Shown here piece after piece: positions 12,842 through 23,422 of a stretch of 64,000 nucleotides of DNA; within the stretch, counting starts at the first letter, position 1; every line of letters starts with the position of its first letter. Under the pieces are notes generated by a model. That model was given only the letters and a program-made list of their open reading frames with translations. It searched no databases and was not told the origin of the DNA. The position numbers were made by a program, and so were the translations under genes. The stretch comes from an uncultured Microthrixaceae bacterium (lineage in GTDB: Bacteria; Actinomycetota; Acidimicrobiia; Acidimicrobiales; DATDAH01). The DNA lies in the NCBI GenBank assembly GCA_963845425.1, contig CAWJSC010000012.1:10352-74351 (forward strand), read 5' to 3'.

Positions 12842-13395
12842 GCGACCCCAAGGCGCTCCTGATCGAGCACCTCCTGGAACACTCGGTGCAGCGGGGGGAT
12901 TTCACCTTGAAGTCCGGCAAGCGGAGCAGCTGGTTCCTGGACGCCAAGCAGACCTGTTGTCGGGCCGAGGGGATCCTGCTGGTGGCCGAGCTGGCCCTGG
13001 CGGCCATCTCCGAGGACGTGACCGCCATCGGCGGGCTGACCGTCGGGGCCGACCCCGTCGCCTACGGCGTCGCCGCCGTGGCCGCGACCCGCGGCCGGGA
13101 CCTGCGCAGCTTCACGATCCGCAAGGAGGCCAAGGACCACGGCGTCGCCGGTCGCCTGGCCGGCGCCCTGGTTCCGGGCGACAAGGTCGTCATCACCGAA
13201 GACGCCGTCACCCGGGGCACCTCCCCCATGGAGGCCGCCGAGGTGGTCCGTGAGCTGGGCGCCGACCCTGTCCTGATCCTCCCCGTGGTCGACCGCGGCG
13301 GGACCTGCGGGGACCTGGCCGCGGCCGCCGGCATCCCCTTCCACCCCCTTGTCACCGCCCCCGACCTGGGCTTCCCCTACGAAAAGGACGCCTGA
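12838..13395 (+). CDS. pyrE: orotate phosphoribosyltransferase
   Basis: GDFTLKSG..S..FLD, RKEAKDHG, PRPP loop ITEDAVTRGTS. Confidence 0.92.
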
Positions 13396-13435
13396 GCCCT
13401 CCCGCCGGGGCAACCGACGGCAGGTACCCGTCCTC

Positions 13436-13480
13436 GGGCTGGGGGAACGACACCGAGGCAGGGATGGGGGCGTGGGGACG
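13436..13480. repeat. interspersed repeat family A, left arm only
   Basis: gggctgggggaacgac..ggcagggatgggggcgtgggg matches the arms at 19203 and 40695. Confidence 0.75.
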
Positions 13481-13535
13481 GGCAATGGCTGGTTTGGGGC
13501 CCGCAGGCCGTCGGGCAGGGGAACGAGTGGTCGTC

Positions 13536-13574
13536 GGAGGCAATAGGGGGCGGAAGCCGCCCCCTATTGCCTCC
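13536..13574. terminator. perfect 18-bp hairpin, likely terminator after pyrE
   Basis: GGAGGCAATAGGGGGCGG-aag-CCGCCCCCTATTGCCTCC. Confidence 0.75.
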
Positions 13575-13660
13575 ATTGCGGTCAGCGGGCCCTCGCCCCG
13601 GGTGGCGTGGGCGACGTGGACCTCGCCCACCTTGGCGTACCTGATCCCCTCACCGGTCAC
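13575..13660 (-). pseudogene. possible N-terminal remnant of an alpha/beta-hydrolase (LipJ-like) gene
   Basis: translates VTGEGIRYAKVGEVHVAHATRGEGPL, resembling RYAxxGDVHIAYxxxGxGP; similarity ends at the hairpin. Confidence 0.45.
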
Positions 13661-13717
13661 GACGGCGGACCCTAGAGGCGTTTCCGCAGTCCGAAGGCCA
13701 GCGCTTACGCTCCTGGC

Positions 13718-15274
13718 GTGACCGAACACCCGATGCGGGAGCGGCTGGACGAGCTGGCGAAGCGCCGTGAGGCAGCCGTCCACGCCGGTTCCGAGCGCTC
13801 CGTCGAGCGCCAGCACGCCAAGGGCAAGCTCCTGGCACGCGAGCGGGTCGAGTACCTGCTCGACGACGGCTCCTTCCACGAGCTCGACCAGCTGGCCCGT
13901 CACCGCTCGACCGCGGCGGGTCTGGAAGACCGTCCCTACACCGACGGGGTCATCACCGGGTGGGGGACGATCGACGGTCGGAAGGTCTTCGTCTTCTCCC
14001 AGGACTTCACCGTCTACGGCGGGGCGCTGGGTGAGGTCTTCGCCGAGAAGATCCACAAGCTCATGGATCTGGCCCTCTCGGTCGGGGCCCCGGTGATCGG
14101 CCTCAACGACGGCGCCGGCGCCCGCATCCAGGAGGGTGTGGTCAGCCTCGCCTCCTACGGCGGCATCTTCTGGCGCAACGTCCAGGCCTCGGGGGTCACC
14201 CCGCAGATCAGCGTCGTCCTCGGGCCCTGTGCCGGTGGCGCGGTGTACAGCCCGGCCATGACCGACTTCATCTTCATGGTCCGCGAGACCAGCCACATGT
14301 TCATCACCGGCCCCGACGTGGTGAAGACGGTGACGGGCGAGGAGGTCACCCTCGAGGAGCTGGGCGGCGCCCAGAGTCACGCCTCCAAGTCCGGTGTGGC
14401 GACCTTCGTGGCCAACGACGAGAAGGCCTGCCTCGACAACGTCCGATTCCTGCTCTCCTTCCTGCCCTCCAACAACCTGGAGGAGCCGCCGCACTTCGAA
14501 TCCACCGACGACCCCGACCGCCTGTGCCCTGAGCTGAACGAGGTCATCCCCGCCAGCTCGAACATGCCCTACGACATGCACCGGGTGATTGAGGCGGTGG
14601 TCGACGACGGGGAGTACTTCGAGTACTTCCCGCACTGGGCCCAGAGCATCACCTGCGGCTTCGGCCGCATCGACGGCCACCCGGTCGGCATCGTGGGCAA
14701 CCAGCCCCAGATCCTGGCGGGCATCCTCGACATCGAGTCCTCGGAGAAGGCCGCCCGCTTCGTGCGGACCTGCGACGCCTTCAACATCCCCCTGGTCACC
14801 TTCGTGGACGTGCCCGGCTTCCTGCCCGGCGTGGACCAGGAGTACGGCGGCATCATCCGCCACGGGGCCAAGCTGCTGTACGCCTACTGCGAGGCCACCG
14901 TGCCCCGCATCCAGATCATCACCCGCAAGGCTTACGGCGGCGCCTACGTCGTCATGAACTCCAAGTCCATCGGCGCCGACCTCGCCTTCGCCTGGCCGTC
15001 GGCTGAGCTGGCGGTGATGGGCCCGGAGGGTGCGGTCAACATCGTCTACCGGCGGGAGCTCGAGGGCGCCGCCGATCCCGCGGCTCGCCGCACCGAGCTG
15101 GTCGACGAGTACGTCGAGCGCTACGCCAACCCCTATGTGGCCGCCGAGCGCGGCTACGTCGACGACGTCATCGACCCCGCCGAGACCCGCATCAAGCTGG
15201 TCGCGGGCCTGGAGATGCTGCGCTCCAAGCGCGAAGAGCTCCCCAAGCGCAAGCACGGCAACGTGCCATTGTGA
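13718..15274 (+). CDS. acyl-CoA (propionyl-CoA-type) carboxylase carboxyltransferase beta subunit
   Basis: [60 protein letters not shown]. Confidence 0.95.
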   Translation: MTEHPMRERLDELAKRREAAVHAGSERSVERQHAKGKLLARERVEYLLDDGSFHELDQLARHRSTAAGLEDRPYTDGVITGWGTIDGRKVFVFSQDFTVYGGALGEVFAEKIHKLMDLALSVGAPVIGLNDGAGARIQEGVVSLASYGGIFWRNVQASGVTPQISVVLGPCAGGAVYSPAMTDFIFMVRETSHMFITGPDVVKTVTGEEVTLEELGGAQSHASKSGVATFVANDEKACLDNVRFLLSFLPSNNLEEPPHFESTDDPDRLCPELNEVIPASSNMPYDMHRVIEAVVDDGEYFEYFPHWAQSITCGFGRIDGHPVGIVGNQPQILAGILDIESSEKAARFVRTCDAFNIPLVTFVDVPGFLPGVDQEYGGIIRHGAKLLYAYCEATVPRIQIITRKAYGGAYVVMNSKSIGADLAFAWPSAELAVMGPEGAVNIVYRRELEGAADPAARRTELVDEYVERYANPYVAAERGYVDDVIDPAETRIKLVAGLEMLRSKREELPKRKHGNVPL

Positions 15275-15411
15275 CCGTGTTGCTCGTCGCCGCCTGCGCG
15301 GCTCCTGCTGCCTACGGCAGCTATCGGCGAACGTCGGAAGCGCTGCTTCGCTGCCGAGTCCGCAGCCTCACTGCTGGCCGGGGCGTTGCCCCGGGAGTCG
15401 ACCGTTGGTGA
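15271..15411 (+). other. structured intergenic insert with a 46-codon coupling mini-ORF; loosely related to repeat family B (reverse complement)
   Basis: GTG overlaps the carboxylase TGA, open to TGA 15409-15411; internal hairpin gctgcc-tac-ggcagc; GCTCGTC...TCCGCAGC ends shared with family B. Confidence 0.5.
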
Positions 15412-15414
15412 GCC

Positions 15415-15600
15415 GTGACTAAGCCGCTCGTAGCGATCAGCCCTGCGCCTTCCGAAGAAGAGGCGGCGGCGATCGTGGCCGCGCTGGAGCTGTCGTGGCC
15501 CCGGGCTGCGCCGGGGGGCGCTGCCGAGGCCGGTCCCCGCTGGCGCTTCTCGGGGCGCTGGTGGATCAAGCCGGTGCCCACCGGTCGCGCCCGGCCCTGA
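15415..15600 (+). CDS. acyl-CoA carboxylase epsilon-like subunit
   Basis: PSEEEAAAIVAAL..W..SGR pattern downstream of the beta subunit. Confidence 0.75.
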   Translation: MTKPLVAISPAPSEEEAAAIVAALELSWPRAAPGGAAEAGPRWRFSGRWWIKPVPTGRARP

Positions 15601-15607
15601 GGCCCCC

Positions 15608-16612
15608 GTGCTCCCCGAGCTGACCTCGGTCGCCGACGACGAAGCGGTCGTCCACGTCGGTGCCGACGTCCGGGTCTACGGGGCCCTGGCCCCCGACACC
15701 GACTACGCCTACGACGGCCACGAGTTCCGCACCTTCCCCCACCTCGGCGAGCGCTTGGCCACCTTCGCCACGGTCAACGACGTCCACTTCGGCGAGACCG
15801 TGTGTGGGGTCCTCGAGAGCTACGACGACGGACCGACGTTCTCCACCGAGCCCGGCGACGACCCGTATCCCGAAGTCATGAACCGGGCGGTGATCGCCGA
15901 CATCGAGACCATCGCCCCCGACGTCGTGGTGGCCAAGGGCGACCTGACCACCCACGGGATCCAGGAGGAGTACGACGCCTTCCTGGCCCACTACGGCACG
16001 GCGTTCGGTGATCGCCTGCTGGCCGTCCGTGGGAACCACGACGCCTACGCGGGGGAGACGTTCGCCGCGGACGCCCCGGTGGCCCATGTCCTACCCGGAG
16101 TGGTCCTGGCCGTGCTCGACACGGTCATCCCCACCGACACCCCCGGCCGGGTCCCGGCCGACCAACTCGAGTGGTTGGACGCCCTCGCCGCCTCCGCCGA
16201 TCGCCCCGTCCTGGTGTTCGGCCATCACCACGTCTGGAGCCCGGACTCCAACCACCGGCCCGAGTCGTACTTCGGGATCAACCCCGACGACTCCGAGCGC
16301 CTCGTCGAGGTGGTCGCCCGGCGCCCGGCCATCGTCGGCTACTTCGCCGGTCACACGCACCGCAACCGGGTCCGCCGCATCACCGCGACCGGCGCCGTGC
16401 CATGGGTGGAGGTGGCCTGCGTGAAGGACTTCCCGGGGGCCTGGGCCGAGTACCGGGTCTTCGAGCGAGGGGTCCTGCAGGTCCACCGCCGGGCCTCGGC
16501 ACCCGCGGCGCTGGCGTGGGCCGACAAGACCCGGGCGATGTTCGGCGGGGCCTACGTCGACTACGCATTCGGCGCCCTGGAGGACCGCTGCCTGGTGGTC
16601 GGCGCCGAGTAG
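15608..16612 (+). CDS. calcineurin-like metallophosphoesterase (Icc/CpdA-like)
   Basis: DVH, GDLT, GNHD, HHH, GHTH motifs. Confidence 0.9.
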   Translation: MLPELTSVADDEAVVHVGADVRVYGALAPDTDYAYDGHEFRTFPHLGERLATFATVNDVHFGETVCGVLESYDDGPTFSTEPGDDPYPEVMNRAVIADIETIAPDVVVAKGDLTTHGIQEEYDAFLAHYGTAFGDRLLAVRGNHDAYAGETFAADAPVAHVLPGVVLAVLDTVIPTDTPGRVPADQLEWLDALAASADRPVLVFGHHHVWSPDSNHRPESYFGINPDDSERLVEVVARRPAIVGYFAGHTHRNRVRRITATGAVPWVEVACVKDFPGAWAEYRVFERGVLQVHRRASAPAALAWADKTRAMFGGAYVDYAFGALEDRCLVVGAE

Positions 16613-16649
16613 GGTCGGGCGTTCGCAGGATCGACGGAGGTAGGGGTAG

Positions 16650-17081
16650 ATGCACGTTCGACGCTGGGTGTTGGTGGCCGGGTTGGCGCTGGCCGGTGTG
16701 GCCCTGACCGCCTGCGGCACGCCCGCCAACGACTTCGAGGCCGGGGAGTGCACGAACGACGACCTCACGGGCTCGATCGGTGACATCGAGACGGTGGACT
16801 GCGACGAGGTGCACACCGCAGAGGCCTTCGCCCAGTTCGACATCGACGGTGACGACTTCCCGGGCACCGACGAGATCCAGACCGACGGCGCCGAGGGCTG
16901 CCAGGGCGACCGCTTCGAGGAGTACGTGGGGATCCCCTACGCCGAGTCGATCTACCTCGCCAATGGGATCGTGCCCTCCGAGGAGAGCTGGGACGCCGGG
17001 GACCGCACGGTGATCTGTGTCATCGACGGCACCACCGACGGCTCCGACCTCGAGGGTTCGGCCGAGGGCACCGACGTCTGA
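16650..17081 (+). CDS. septum-formation-domain lipoprotein 1
   Basis: lipobox LTAC; GEC..DCDEVHTAE..C..FEEYVG..PS..SW..GDR..C. Confidence 0.8.
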   Translation: MHVRRWVLVAGLALAGVALTACGTPANDFEAGECTNDDLTGSIGDIETVDCDEVHTAEAFAQFDIDGDDFPGTDEIQTDGAEGCQGDRFEEYVGIPYAESIYLANGIVPSEESWDAGDRTVICVIDGTTDGSDLEGSAEGTDV

Positions 17082-17099
17082 TCGTCGGCTCCGCGCCGG

Positions 17100-17579
17100 G
17101 TGCTCATCTCTGATCGGCGCCGTGTCGGAGCCCTCTTGTGCGTCGTCGCCCTGTGGGCGACGGCGTGCACGGGTGACGACGGAGGGACGCCGACCGGTCT
17201 GAGCGCCGAGCCGTTCCGGCTCGACCTGGCCGTAGGCGACTGCTTCGACCGTCCGGCCAGCCCCGACGTCGAGTCGGTGCCGGCCGTGCCCTGCCGGCGT
17301 CCGCACGACCTGGAGGTGTTCGCCACCTTCGAACTGGACCCCGAGGAGGCCGCCTTCCCCGGTGCCACAGCGGTCGCCACGCGGGCAGGTAACGGCTGCG
17401 AGGAGCGCTTCGCCGTGTACGTCGGCGTGGATCAGGACTCCTCGGGCCTGCTCATCGTCCCCTATGCCCCCGACGCCCTGGCTTGGGAGCTGGGCGAGCG
17501 CGGGGTGACCTGTGCCGTGGCCCTGGCCGACGGCCCGCTGGAGGGCTCGGTGCGGGCGAGCGAGGCCCCCGGCGGGTGA
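17100..17579 (+). CDS. septum-formation-domain lipoprotein 2
   Basis: lipobox ATAC; GDCF..PC..PHDLEVF..C..FAVYVG..W..GER..C. Confidence 0.78.
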   Translation: MLISDRRRVGALLCVVALWATACTGDDGGTPTGLSAEPFRLDLAVGDCFDRPASPDVESVPAVPCRRPHDLEVFATFELDPEEAAFPGATAVATRAGNGCEERFAVYVGVDQDSSGLLIVPYAPDALAWELGERGVTCAVALADGPLEGSVRASEAPGG

Positions 17580-18064
17580 GGGGGTCGGGCGTCGCGTTTC
17601 TCGCGCTGGCCGTGATCCTGGCGACGGTGTCCTGCCGCGGCGACGACGAGGACGAGCCGGCGGTGACGACCGTGCCCGTGACCCAGGCGGCGGCCCCGCC
17701 CGCGAGCCTGTACGACCTGGCGCCCGGCGACTGCTTCAGGGGCCTCGGCCGCAACCAGGACATCCGGGTGCGGCGGCGGGCCTGCACCGACCCGCACCAG
17801 GCCGAGGTCTACGGGACCGTTGAGCTGTCGGCGGCCCGCTACCCCGGCGTCGAGGTCCTGCGGCAGCGGGCCGCAACGGCGTGCGCCCAGCGTTTCGCCG
17901 GCTACACCGGTGAGCCGGCCGGACCGGGCACCGAGCTGGCTTTCGTCGAGGTCGTGCCCACGCTGGACTCGTGGGCTGCCGGTGACCGGAGGGCGCTGTG
18001 CGTCGCGCTCGGCGTCGACGGCGCCCCCTTGGAGGCCAGCATCGCCGCCGGGGGAGCGGGATGA
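17576..18064 (+). CDS. septum-formation-domain lipoprotein 3
   Basis: GTGA overlap; lipobox TVSC; GDCF..C..PHQAEVY..C..FAGYTG..SW..GDR..C. Confidence 0.78.
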   Translation: MRGSGVAFLALAVILATVSCRGDDEDEPAVTTVPVTQAAAPPASLYDLAPGDCFRGLGRNQDIRVRRRACTDPHQAEVYGTVELSAARYPGVEVLRQRAATACAQRFAGYTGEPAGPGTELAFVEVVPTLDSWAAGDRRALCVALGVDGAPLEASIAAGGAG

Positions 18065-19203
18065 GCGCCACCCCCGGCCGCCAGGCACTGGACGGCTTGC
18101 GGGTCGTGGACTGCTCCACCGTCCTGGCCGGTCCGGGCTGTGCCCGGTACCTCGCCGATTTCGGCGCGGACGTGGTCAAGGTCGAGCGTCCGGACACGGG
18201 TGACACCACCCGGTCGCTGGGGTGGCGGGACCCCCGCGACGGCGTCACCCTCTTCTGGAAGCTGCTGGGCCGTGGGAAGCGGACCATCGTCCTGGACCTG
18301 AAGGCCGACGAAGGCCGGGAGACGATGCTGGCCCTGCTCGACGGGGCCGACGTCCTGGTGGAGAACTTCCGACCGGGCACCCTCGAGCGTCTCGGCCTGG
18401 GCCCCGACGTGCTCCTGGCCCGCAATCCCGACCTGGTCATCACCCGCGTGACCGGCTTCGGCCAGGACGGCCCGTACGCGGCGCGACCCGGGTTCGCCAC
18501 ATTGGCGGAGGCCATGTCGGGCCTGGCGGCCATCAACGGCGAGCCCGACGGGGCGCCCCTTCTGCCCCCGATCGCCCTGGCCGACGAGGTGACCGGGATC
18601 GTGGCCGCCTTCGCCACGATGGTCGCGCTGCACTCAGGCGTCGGTCAGGTCGTCGACGTCAGCCTGCTCGAGTCCCTGTTCCAGCTCATGGGTCCCCTGC
18701 CGTCGCTCTACGCCGTGGCCGGCGAGCTGCAGCCCCGCATGGGGGCGCAGCTGCCCTACACCGTGCCCCGCAACACCTACCGCTGTTCCGACGGGACCTG
18801 GGTGGCGGTGTCGACCTCGGCCGAGTCGGTCGCCCGCCGGGTGCTCGACCTCATCGGCCACGGTGACGACGAGCGGCTGTGGAGCTTCGAGGGCCGCGTC
18901 GAGCACCGCGTCGAGCTGGACCGGTGGGTCGCCGACTGGATCGCCGAGCGCACCGCCGAGGAGGTCATCGCGGCGTTCGAGGAGGCCCACGCCGCCTGCG
19001 CCCCCGTCTATGACATGGCCGACCTGGCCGTGGACCCCCACATCGCCGCCCGCGACACCATCGTCGAGGTCGACGGCACCCCCATGCAGGGCCTCATCGC
19101 CAAGCTCAGCGCCACCCCCGGCCACATCCGCTGGGCCGGCCGCCCCCTCGCCGCCGACCAGGCCGAAGTGTTGGCCGAGCTGGAGGCCGACGACGAGTCG
19201 TAG
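18061..19203 (+). CDS. family III CoA-transferase (CaiB/BaiF)
   Basis: LDGLRVVD..LAGP..LADFGADVVKVE, ENFRPG, GFGQDGPY, catalytic-position Asp in LAD. Confidence 0.93.
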   Translation: MSATPGRQALDGLRVVDCSTVLAGPGCARYLADFGADVVKVERPDTGDTTRSLGWRDPRDGVTLFWKLLGRGKRTIVLDLKADEGRETMLALLDGADVLVENFRPGTLERLGLGPDVLLARNPDLVITRVTGFGQDGPYAARPGFATLAEAMSGLAAINGEPDGAPLLPPIALADEVTGIVAAFATMVALHSGVGQVVDVSLLESLFQLMGPLPSLYAVAGELQPRMGAQLPYTVPRNTYRCSDGTWVAVSTSAESVARRVLDLIGHGDDERLWSFEGRVEHRVELDRWVADWIAERTAEEVIAAFEEAHAACAPVYDMADLAVDPHIAARDTIVEVDGTPMQGLIAKLSATPGHIRWAGRPLAADQAEVLAELEADDES

Positions 19204-19488
19204 GGCTGCGGGGACCGACACCGATGGCAGGGATGGGGGCGTAGGGTGCCGCCGCCGGTCGTCGGGGCACGAACGGCCACCCTCCGTGGCGGAATGGGCC
19301 CGAATCGACCCGTTCACCACGACCTACGTTTACTGGCGTCTGATTTCGGGCCTATGACCGGGAAATCGGGCGCCAGAAGGGGGAGTGACCACGAGGCGTG
19401 GGATTCGGGGGCGTTTCCGCCCCCGACGACCTTCGGCGCGGACCCCACGCCCCCGTTGGTTGCCTCGGTTTCGGTTCGCCGGGCCCTA
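19201..19488. repeat. interspersed repeat family A, full copy (about 290-bp imperfect inverted repeat with internal 44-nt hairpin)
   Basis: arms TAGGGC..accgacaccgatggca..gggggcgtagggt and accccacgccccc..tgcctcggtttcggt..GCCCTA; hairpin 19333-19376. Confidence 0.8.
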
Positions 19489-20910
19489 CGAGTGGCTGAT
19501 CATGACGTGCTTGAGCTCGGTGTAGGACTCGATGCTGTAGATCGACATGTCCTTGCCGTAGCCGGACTGCTTGAAGCCGCCGTGGGGCATCTCGGGCACC
19601 AACGGGATGTGGTCGTTGACCCACACGGTGCCGAACTGGAGGGCCTTGGACAGCCGCATGGCCCGGCCCACGTCGCGGGTCCAGACGCTGGCGGCCAGGC
19701 CGTAGTCCACGCCGTTGGCCCAGGCGATGGCCTGCTCCTCATCGGCGAAGCGCTGCACGCTGACGACGGGGCCGAAGACCTCGCGCTGGACGATCTCGGC
19801 CTCCTGGTCCACGCCGGCGACGACGGTCGGGGCGTAGAACCAGCCGTCCCGGTCCAGCGCGGCGCCCCCGCTGACCACCTCGCCCCCCTGCTCGCGGGCA
19901 GTGTCGACCATGCCGGCCACGCGGGTCCGCTGGCCCTCGGACACCACGGGGCCGAGGTCGACCGACTCGTCGGAGGGATCGCCCACCGGGATGCTCCCGG
20001 CGGCATCGGCCAGGCCGGTCACGAGGTCGTCGTAGAGGCCGGGGCCGGCCACGACCCGGCAGGCCGCGGTGCAGTCCTGGCCGGCGTTGAAGTACGCCCC
20101 GATCGTGACGGCCTGGATCACGGCGTCCAGGTCGGCGTCGTCGAAGACCAGCACGGGGGCCTTGCCCCCCAGCTCGAGGTGGACCCGGGTCAGTGAGGGC
20201 GCAGCGTTGGCCGCGATGAGCTTGCCCGTGGCCACGTCACCGGTGAGGGAGACCATGCGCACGAGGGGGTGCTCGACCAGGGCCGCGCCGGCCGTCTCGC
20301 CCTGGCCGGTGACCACGTTGAGGACGCCGGCGGGGAAGACGTCGGCGGCCAGCTCGGCCATGCGCAGGGAGGTCAGCGGCGTGAGCTCGGACGGCTTCAG
20401 CACGACGGTGTTGCCCGCCGCCAGGGCCGGGCCGATCTTCCAGACGGCCATCATCAGCGGGTAGTTCCACGGCGTGATCGAGGCCACCACACCCAGGGGG
20501 TCCCGGCGCAGCATCGAGGTGTAGCCGGCCAGGTACTCCCCGGCGGCACGACTGTCCAGGTTGCGGGCCCCCGCGGCGAAGTACCGGATGTGGTCGACGG
20601 CCATCGCCATCTCGTCGCCCATGGTGTTGATGGGCTTGCCCACGTTCTGGGACTCGAGCGCCCCGAGGGCTTCGGCCTCCGCCTCCAGCCCGTCGGCTAG
20701 TGCGAGGAGGGCGGCGCTGCGGTCGGCGGGGGTGGTCGCCCCCCACTCGACGAACGCGTTGGCGGCGGCCTGCACCGCGGCGTCCACGTCGGCGGCCTCG
20801 CTGGACGCCGCGCGGGCCATCTCCTGGCCGGTCGCCGGGTCGATCACCGCGTCGGTGGCCCCGCCCTGCGGGTCGACCCACTGTCCCCCGATGAAGTTCT
20901 GCTCGGCCAC
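19486..20910 (-). CDS. gamma-aminobutyraldehyde dehydrogenase (PatD/YdcW-like)
   Basis: [51 protein letters not shown]; divergent from the polyamine ABC operon. Confidence 0.9.
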   Translation of the reverse strand: MAEQNFIGGQWVDPQGGATDAVIDPATGQEMARAASSEAADVDAAVQAAANAFVEWGATTPADRSAALLALADGLEAEAEALGALESQNVGKPINTMGDEMAMAVDHIRYFAAGARNLDSRAAGEYLAGYTSMLRRDPLGVVASITPWNYPLMMAVWKIGPALAAGNTVVLKPSELTPLTSLRMAELAADVFPAGVLNVVTGQGETAGAALVEHPLVRMVSLTGDVATGKLIAANAAPSLTRVHLELGGKAPVLVFDDADLDAVIQAVTIGAYFNAGQDCTAACRVVAGPGLYDDLVTGLADAAGSIPVGDPSDESVDLGPVVSEGQRTRVAGMVDTAREQGGEVVSGGAALDRDGWFYAPTVVAGVDQEAEIVQREVFGPVVSVQRFADEEQAIAWANGVDYGLAASVWTRDVGRAMRLSKALQFGTVWVNDHIPLVPEMPHGGFKQSGYGKDMSIYSIESYTELKHVMISHS

Positions 20911-21030
20911 GGTCTGATCCCCCTGCGTCTGGAGCTGAGGACGGCGAGCATAGGACTCCTGCCCCGGTCGGTCGCCGGTCACCCGGGCGGGGAGGGTCCG
21001 CTAGCTTGAACCAACCCGGAGGGGAGGCCT

Positions 21031-22134
21031 GTGGCCGACGTGGTGGAACCGGTCGTCGACCGGCCCGTGGTGGGGGACGACGGTGGCCTTGCCGCGGTCG
21101 AACTGGCGGGCGTGACCAAGCGCTTCGGCGCCTTCACCGCGGTGGACGATGTCGACCTCCTGGTCGCCGACGGCGAGTTCTTCTCGATGCTCGGCCCGTC
21201 GGGCTCGGGCAAGACCACCTGCCTCCGCCTCATCGCCGGCTTCGAGACCCCGACTGCGGGCAGCGTCCGCCTGCACGGCGAGGAGGTCAACCGTCGGGCC
21301 CCCCACGAGCGGGACGTGAACACGGTCTTCCAGGACTACGCCCTGTTCCCGCACATGACCGTGGCCGAGAACGTCGGGTACGGCCTGCTGGTGCGCAAGG
21401 TGGACAAGGCCGAGCGCCGGCGGCGGGTGGACGAGGCCCTCGAGCTGGTCCAGCTCGGGGGGCTGGGCACCCGCAAGCCCGCGGAGCTCTCCGGCGGGCA
21501 GCGCCAGCGGGTGGCCCTCGCCCGCGCCCTGGTGGTGCGCCCCCGGCTCCTGCTGTTGGACGAGCCCCTCGGGGCCCTGGACCTCAAGCTGCGGCAGGCC
21601 ATGCAGGTGGAGCTGAAGGCCATCCAGCAGGAGGTGGGGATCAGCTTCGTCTACGTCACCCACGACCAGGAGGAGGCGCTCACCATGAGCGACCGCCTGG
21701 CGGTGTTCGACAAGGGACGGGTCGAGCAGGTGGGCACGCCCGCGGAGGTCTACGAGTTCCCGCTGACCACCTTCGTGGCCGGCTTCGTCGGGGTCTCCAA
21801 CGTCGTGACCGGGGAGGCCGCTCGGTCGCTGACCGGCTCGCCCGCCGCCTTCACCGTGCGCCCGGAGCGGATCCGGCTTGTCGATCCGGGCACCAGCCCC
21901 GGGTCCTCGGAGTGTGCGGCCGACGGGGTGGTGCGCGATGTCGTCTACCTCGGCCCGCACACCCGTTACCTGCTCTCGCTCGACGACGGTCAGGATCTGA
22001 CCGTCGTCGAGCAGAACCTCGCCACCACCTCGGGAGAGGTGTTGGCCACCAAGGGCCGCCGCATGCGGGCCTTGTGGGGCCAGGCGTACAACCACCCGAT
22101 CCGTTCGGGTGACGACCAAGGGGAGAACACATGA
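21031..22134 (+). CDS. polyamine ABC transporter ATP-binding protein (PotA/YdcT-like)
   Basis: [34 protein letters not shown]-like C-terminus. Confidence 0.92.
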   Translation: MADVVEPVVDRPVVGDDGGLAAVELAGVTKRFGAFTAVDDVDLLVADGEFFSMLGPSGSGKTTCLRLIAGFETPTAGSVRLHGEEVNRRAPHERDVNTVFQDYALFPHMTVAENVGYGLLVRKVDKAERRRRVDEALELVQLGGLGTRKPAELSGGQRQRVALARALVVRPRLLLLDEPLGALDLKLRQAMQVELKAIQQEVGISFVYVTHDQEEALTMSDRLAVFDKGRVEQVGTPAEVYEFPLTTFVAGFVGVSNVVTGEAARSLTGSPAAFTVRPERIRLVDPGTSPGSSECAADGVVRDVVYLGPHTRYLLSLDDGQDLTVVEQNLATTSGEVLATKGRRMRALWGQAYNHPIRSGDDQGENT

Positions 22135-23348
22135 AGCACTACCGGTTGCTGATCGCCTTCCTGGCGATCCTCGGTCTGCTCGCCGCCGCGTGCGGCGACG
22201 ACGGCGGGGACGACGGGGGGGACGACGGGGGGGAGGAGTCCACGGCGGACACCTCCGATCTGCCCACCGAGGTCGGTGAGGGGGAGGGAGCGCTCAACAT
22301 CGTCGCCTGGCCCGGCTACATCGAAGACGGCTCCACCGACGAGAACTACGACTGGGTCACCGGCTTCGAGGAGGAGACCGGATGCGAGGTCGAGGTCACG
22401 CCGGCCGGCACGTCCGACGAGATGGTGTCGCTGATGACCAACAGCGACGAGTACGACCTGGTCACCGCCTCCGGCGACGCCAGCCTGCGCCTCATCGCCG
22501 GGGAGACGGTCCAACCGGTGAACACCGACCTGGTCCCGGGCTACGCCGAAGTCGACCCGCGACTGCAGGACGCCCCGTGGTACACGGTCGACGGCGTCCG
22601 CTATGGCGTGCCCTACACGTGGGGCTCCGACGTGCTCATGTACAACACCGATGTCTTCCCCGAGGCGCCGACGTCGTGGAGCGTGATCTTCGAGGAGCAG
22701 GACCTCCCCGACGGTGAGACCAACGCCGGTCGCGTGCAGCAGTACGACGGTCCGATCCACATCGCCCTCGCCGCCCTGTACGTGAAGGCCACCCAGCCCG
22801 AGCTGGGCATCGAGGACCCGTACGCCCTGAACCAGGAGCAGTACGACGCGGCCCTCGAGGTGCTGCGGAACCAGCAGCCGCTGGTCCAGCGCTACTGGCA
22901 CGACTACACGGTCCAGGTCGAGGACTTCACCAGCGAGGGCACGGCGGCCGGCAGCTCGTGGCCGTTCCAGGTCGGGCTCCTGCAGCTCGACGAGCAGCCC
23001 ATCGCCAGCGTGATCCCCGAGGAGGGCTCGACGGGTTGGGCCGACACCACGATGTTGGCCACCAACGCGCCGCACCCCAACTGCGCCTACCTGTGGATGG
23101 AGCACTCCCTCGATCCCACGGTGCAGGGGGATGTGGCCTCGTGGTTCGGCTCGGTGCCGGCCGTGCTCGCCGCCTGTGAGGGCAACGAGCTCCTCACCGA
23201 CGAGGGCTGTGCGTACAACGGTGTCGACAACTTCGACCAGATCTCCTTCTGGAAGACACCTGAGGCCGACTGCTTCGGTGACGGGGGCGAGTGCATCCCG
23301 TACTCCACCTGGGCCGAGGACTACCTCGCCATCATGGGCGGCAACTGA
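22131..23348 (+). CDS. polyamine ABC transporter substrate-binding lipoprotein (YdcS-like)
   Basis: lipobox AAAC; [22 protein letters not shown]. Confidence 0.9.
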   Translation: MKHYRLLIAFLAILGLLAAACGDDGGDDGGDDGGEESTADTSDLPTEVGEGEGALNIVAWPGYIEDGSTDENYDWVTGFEEETGCEVEVTPAGTSDEMVSLMTNSDEYDLVTASGDASLRLIAGETVQPVNTDLVPGYAEVDPRLQDAPWYTVDGVRYGVPYTWGSDVLMYNTDVFPEAPTSWSVIFEEQDLPDGETNAGRVQQYDGPIHIALAALYVKATQPELGIEDPYALNQEQYDAALEVLRNQQPLVQRYWHDYTVQVEDFTSEGTAAGSSWPFQVGLLQLDEQPIASVIPEEGSTGWADTTMLATNAPHPNCAYLWMEHSLDPTVQGDVASWFGSVPAVLAACEGNELLTDEGCAYNGVDNFDQISFWKTPEADCFGDGGECIPYSTWAEDYLAIMGGN

Positions 23349-23422
23349 CCGTTCGGTGACCACGGGTCGGGCGGGGGCCACCCCGCCCGACCCGGGCCCA
23401 CCCTCCGGTCCTCTCCGTTCCT

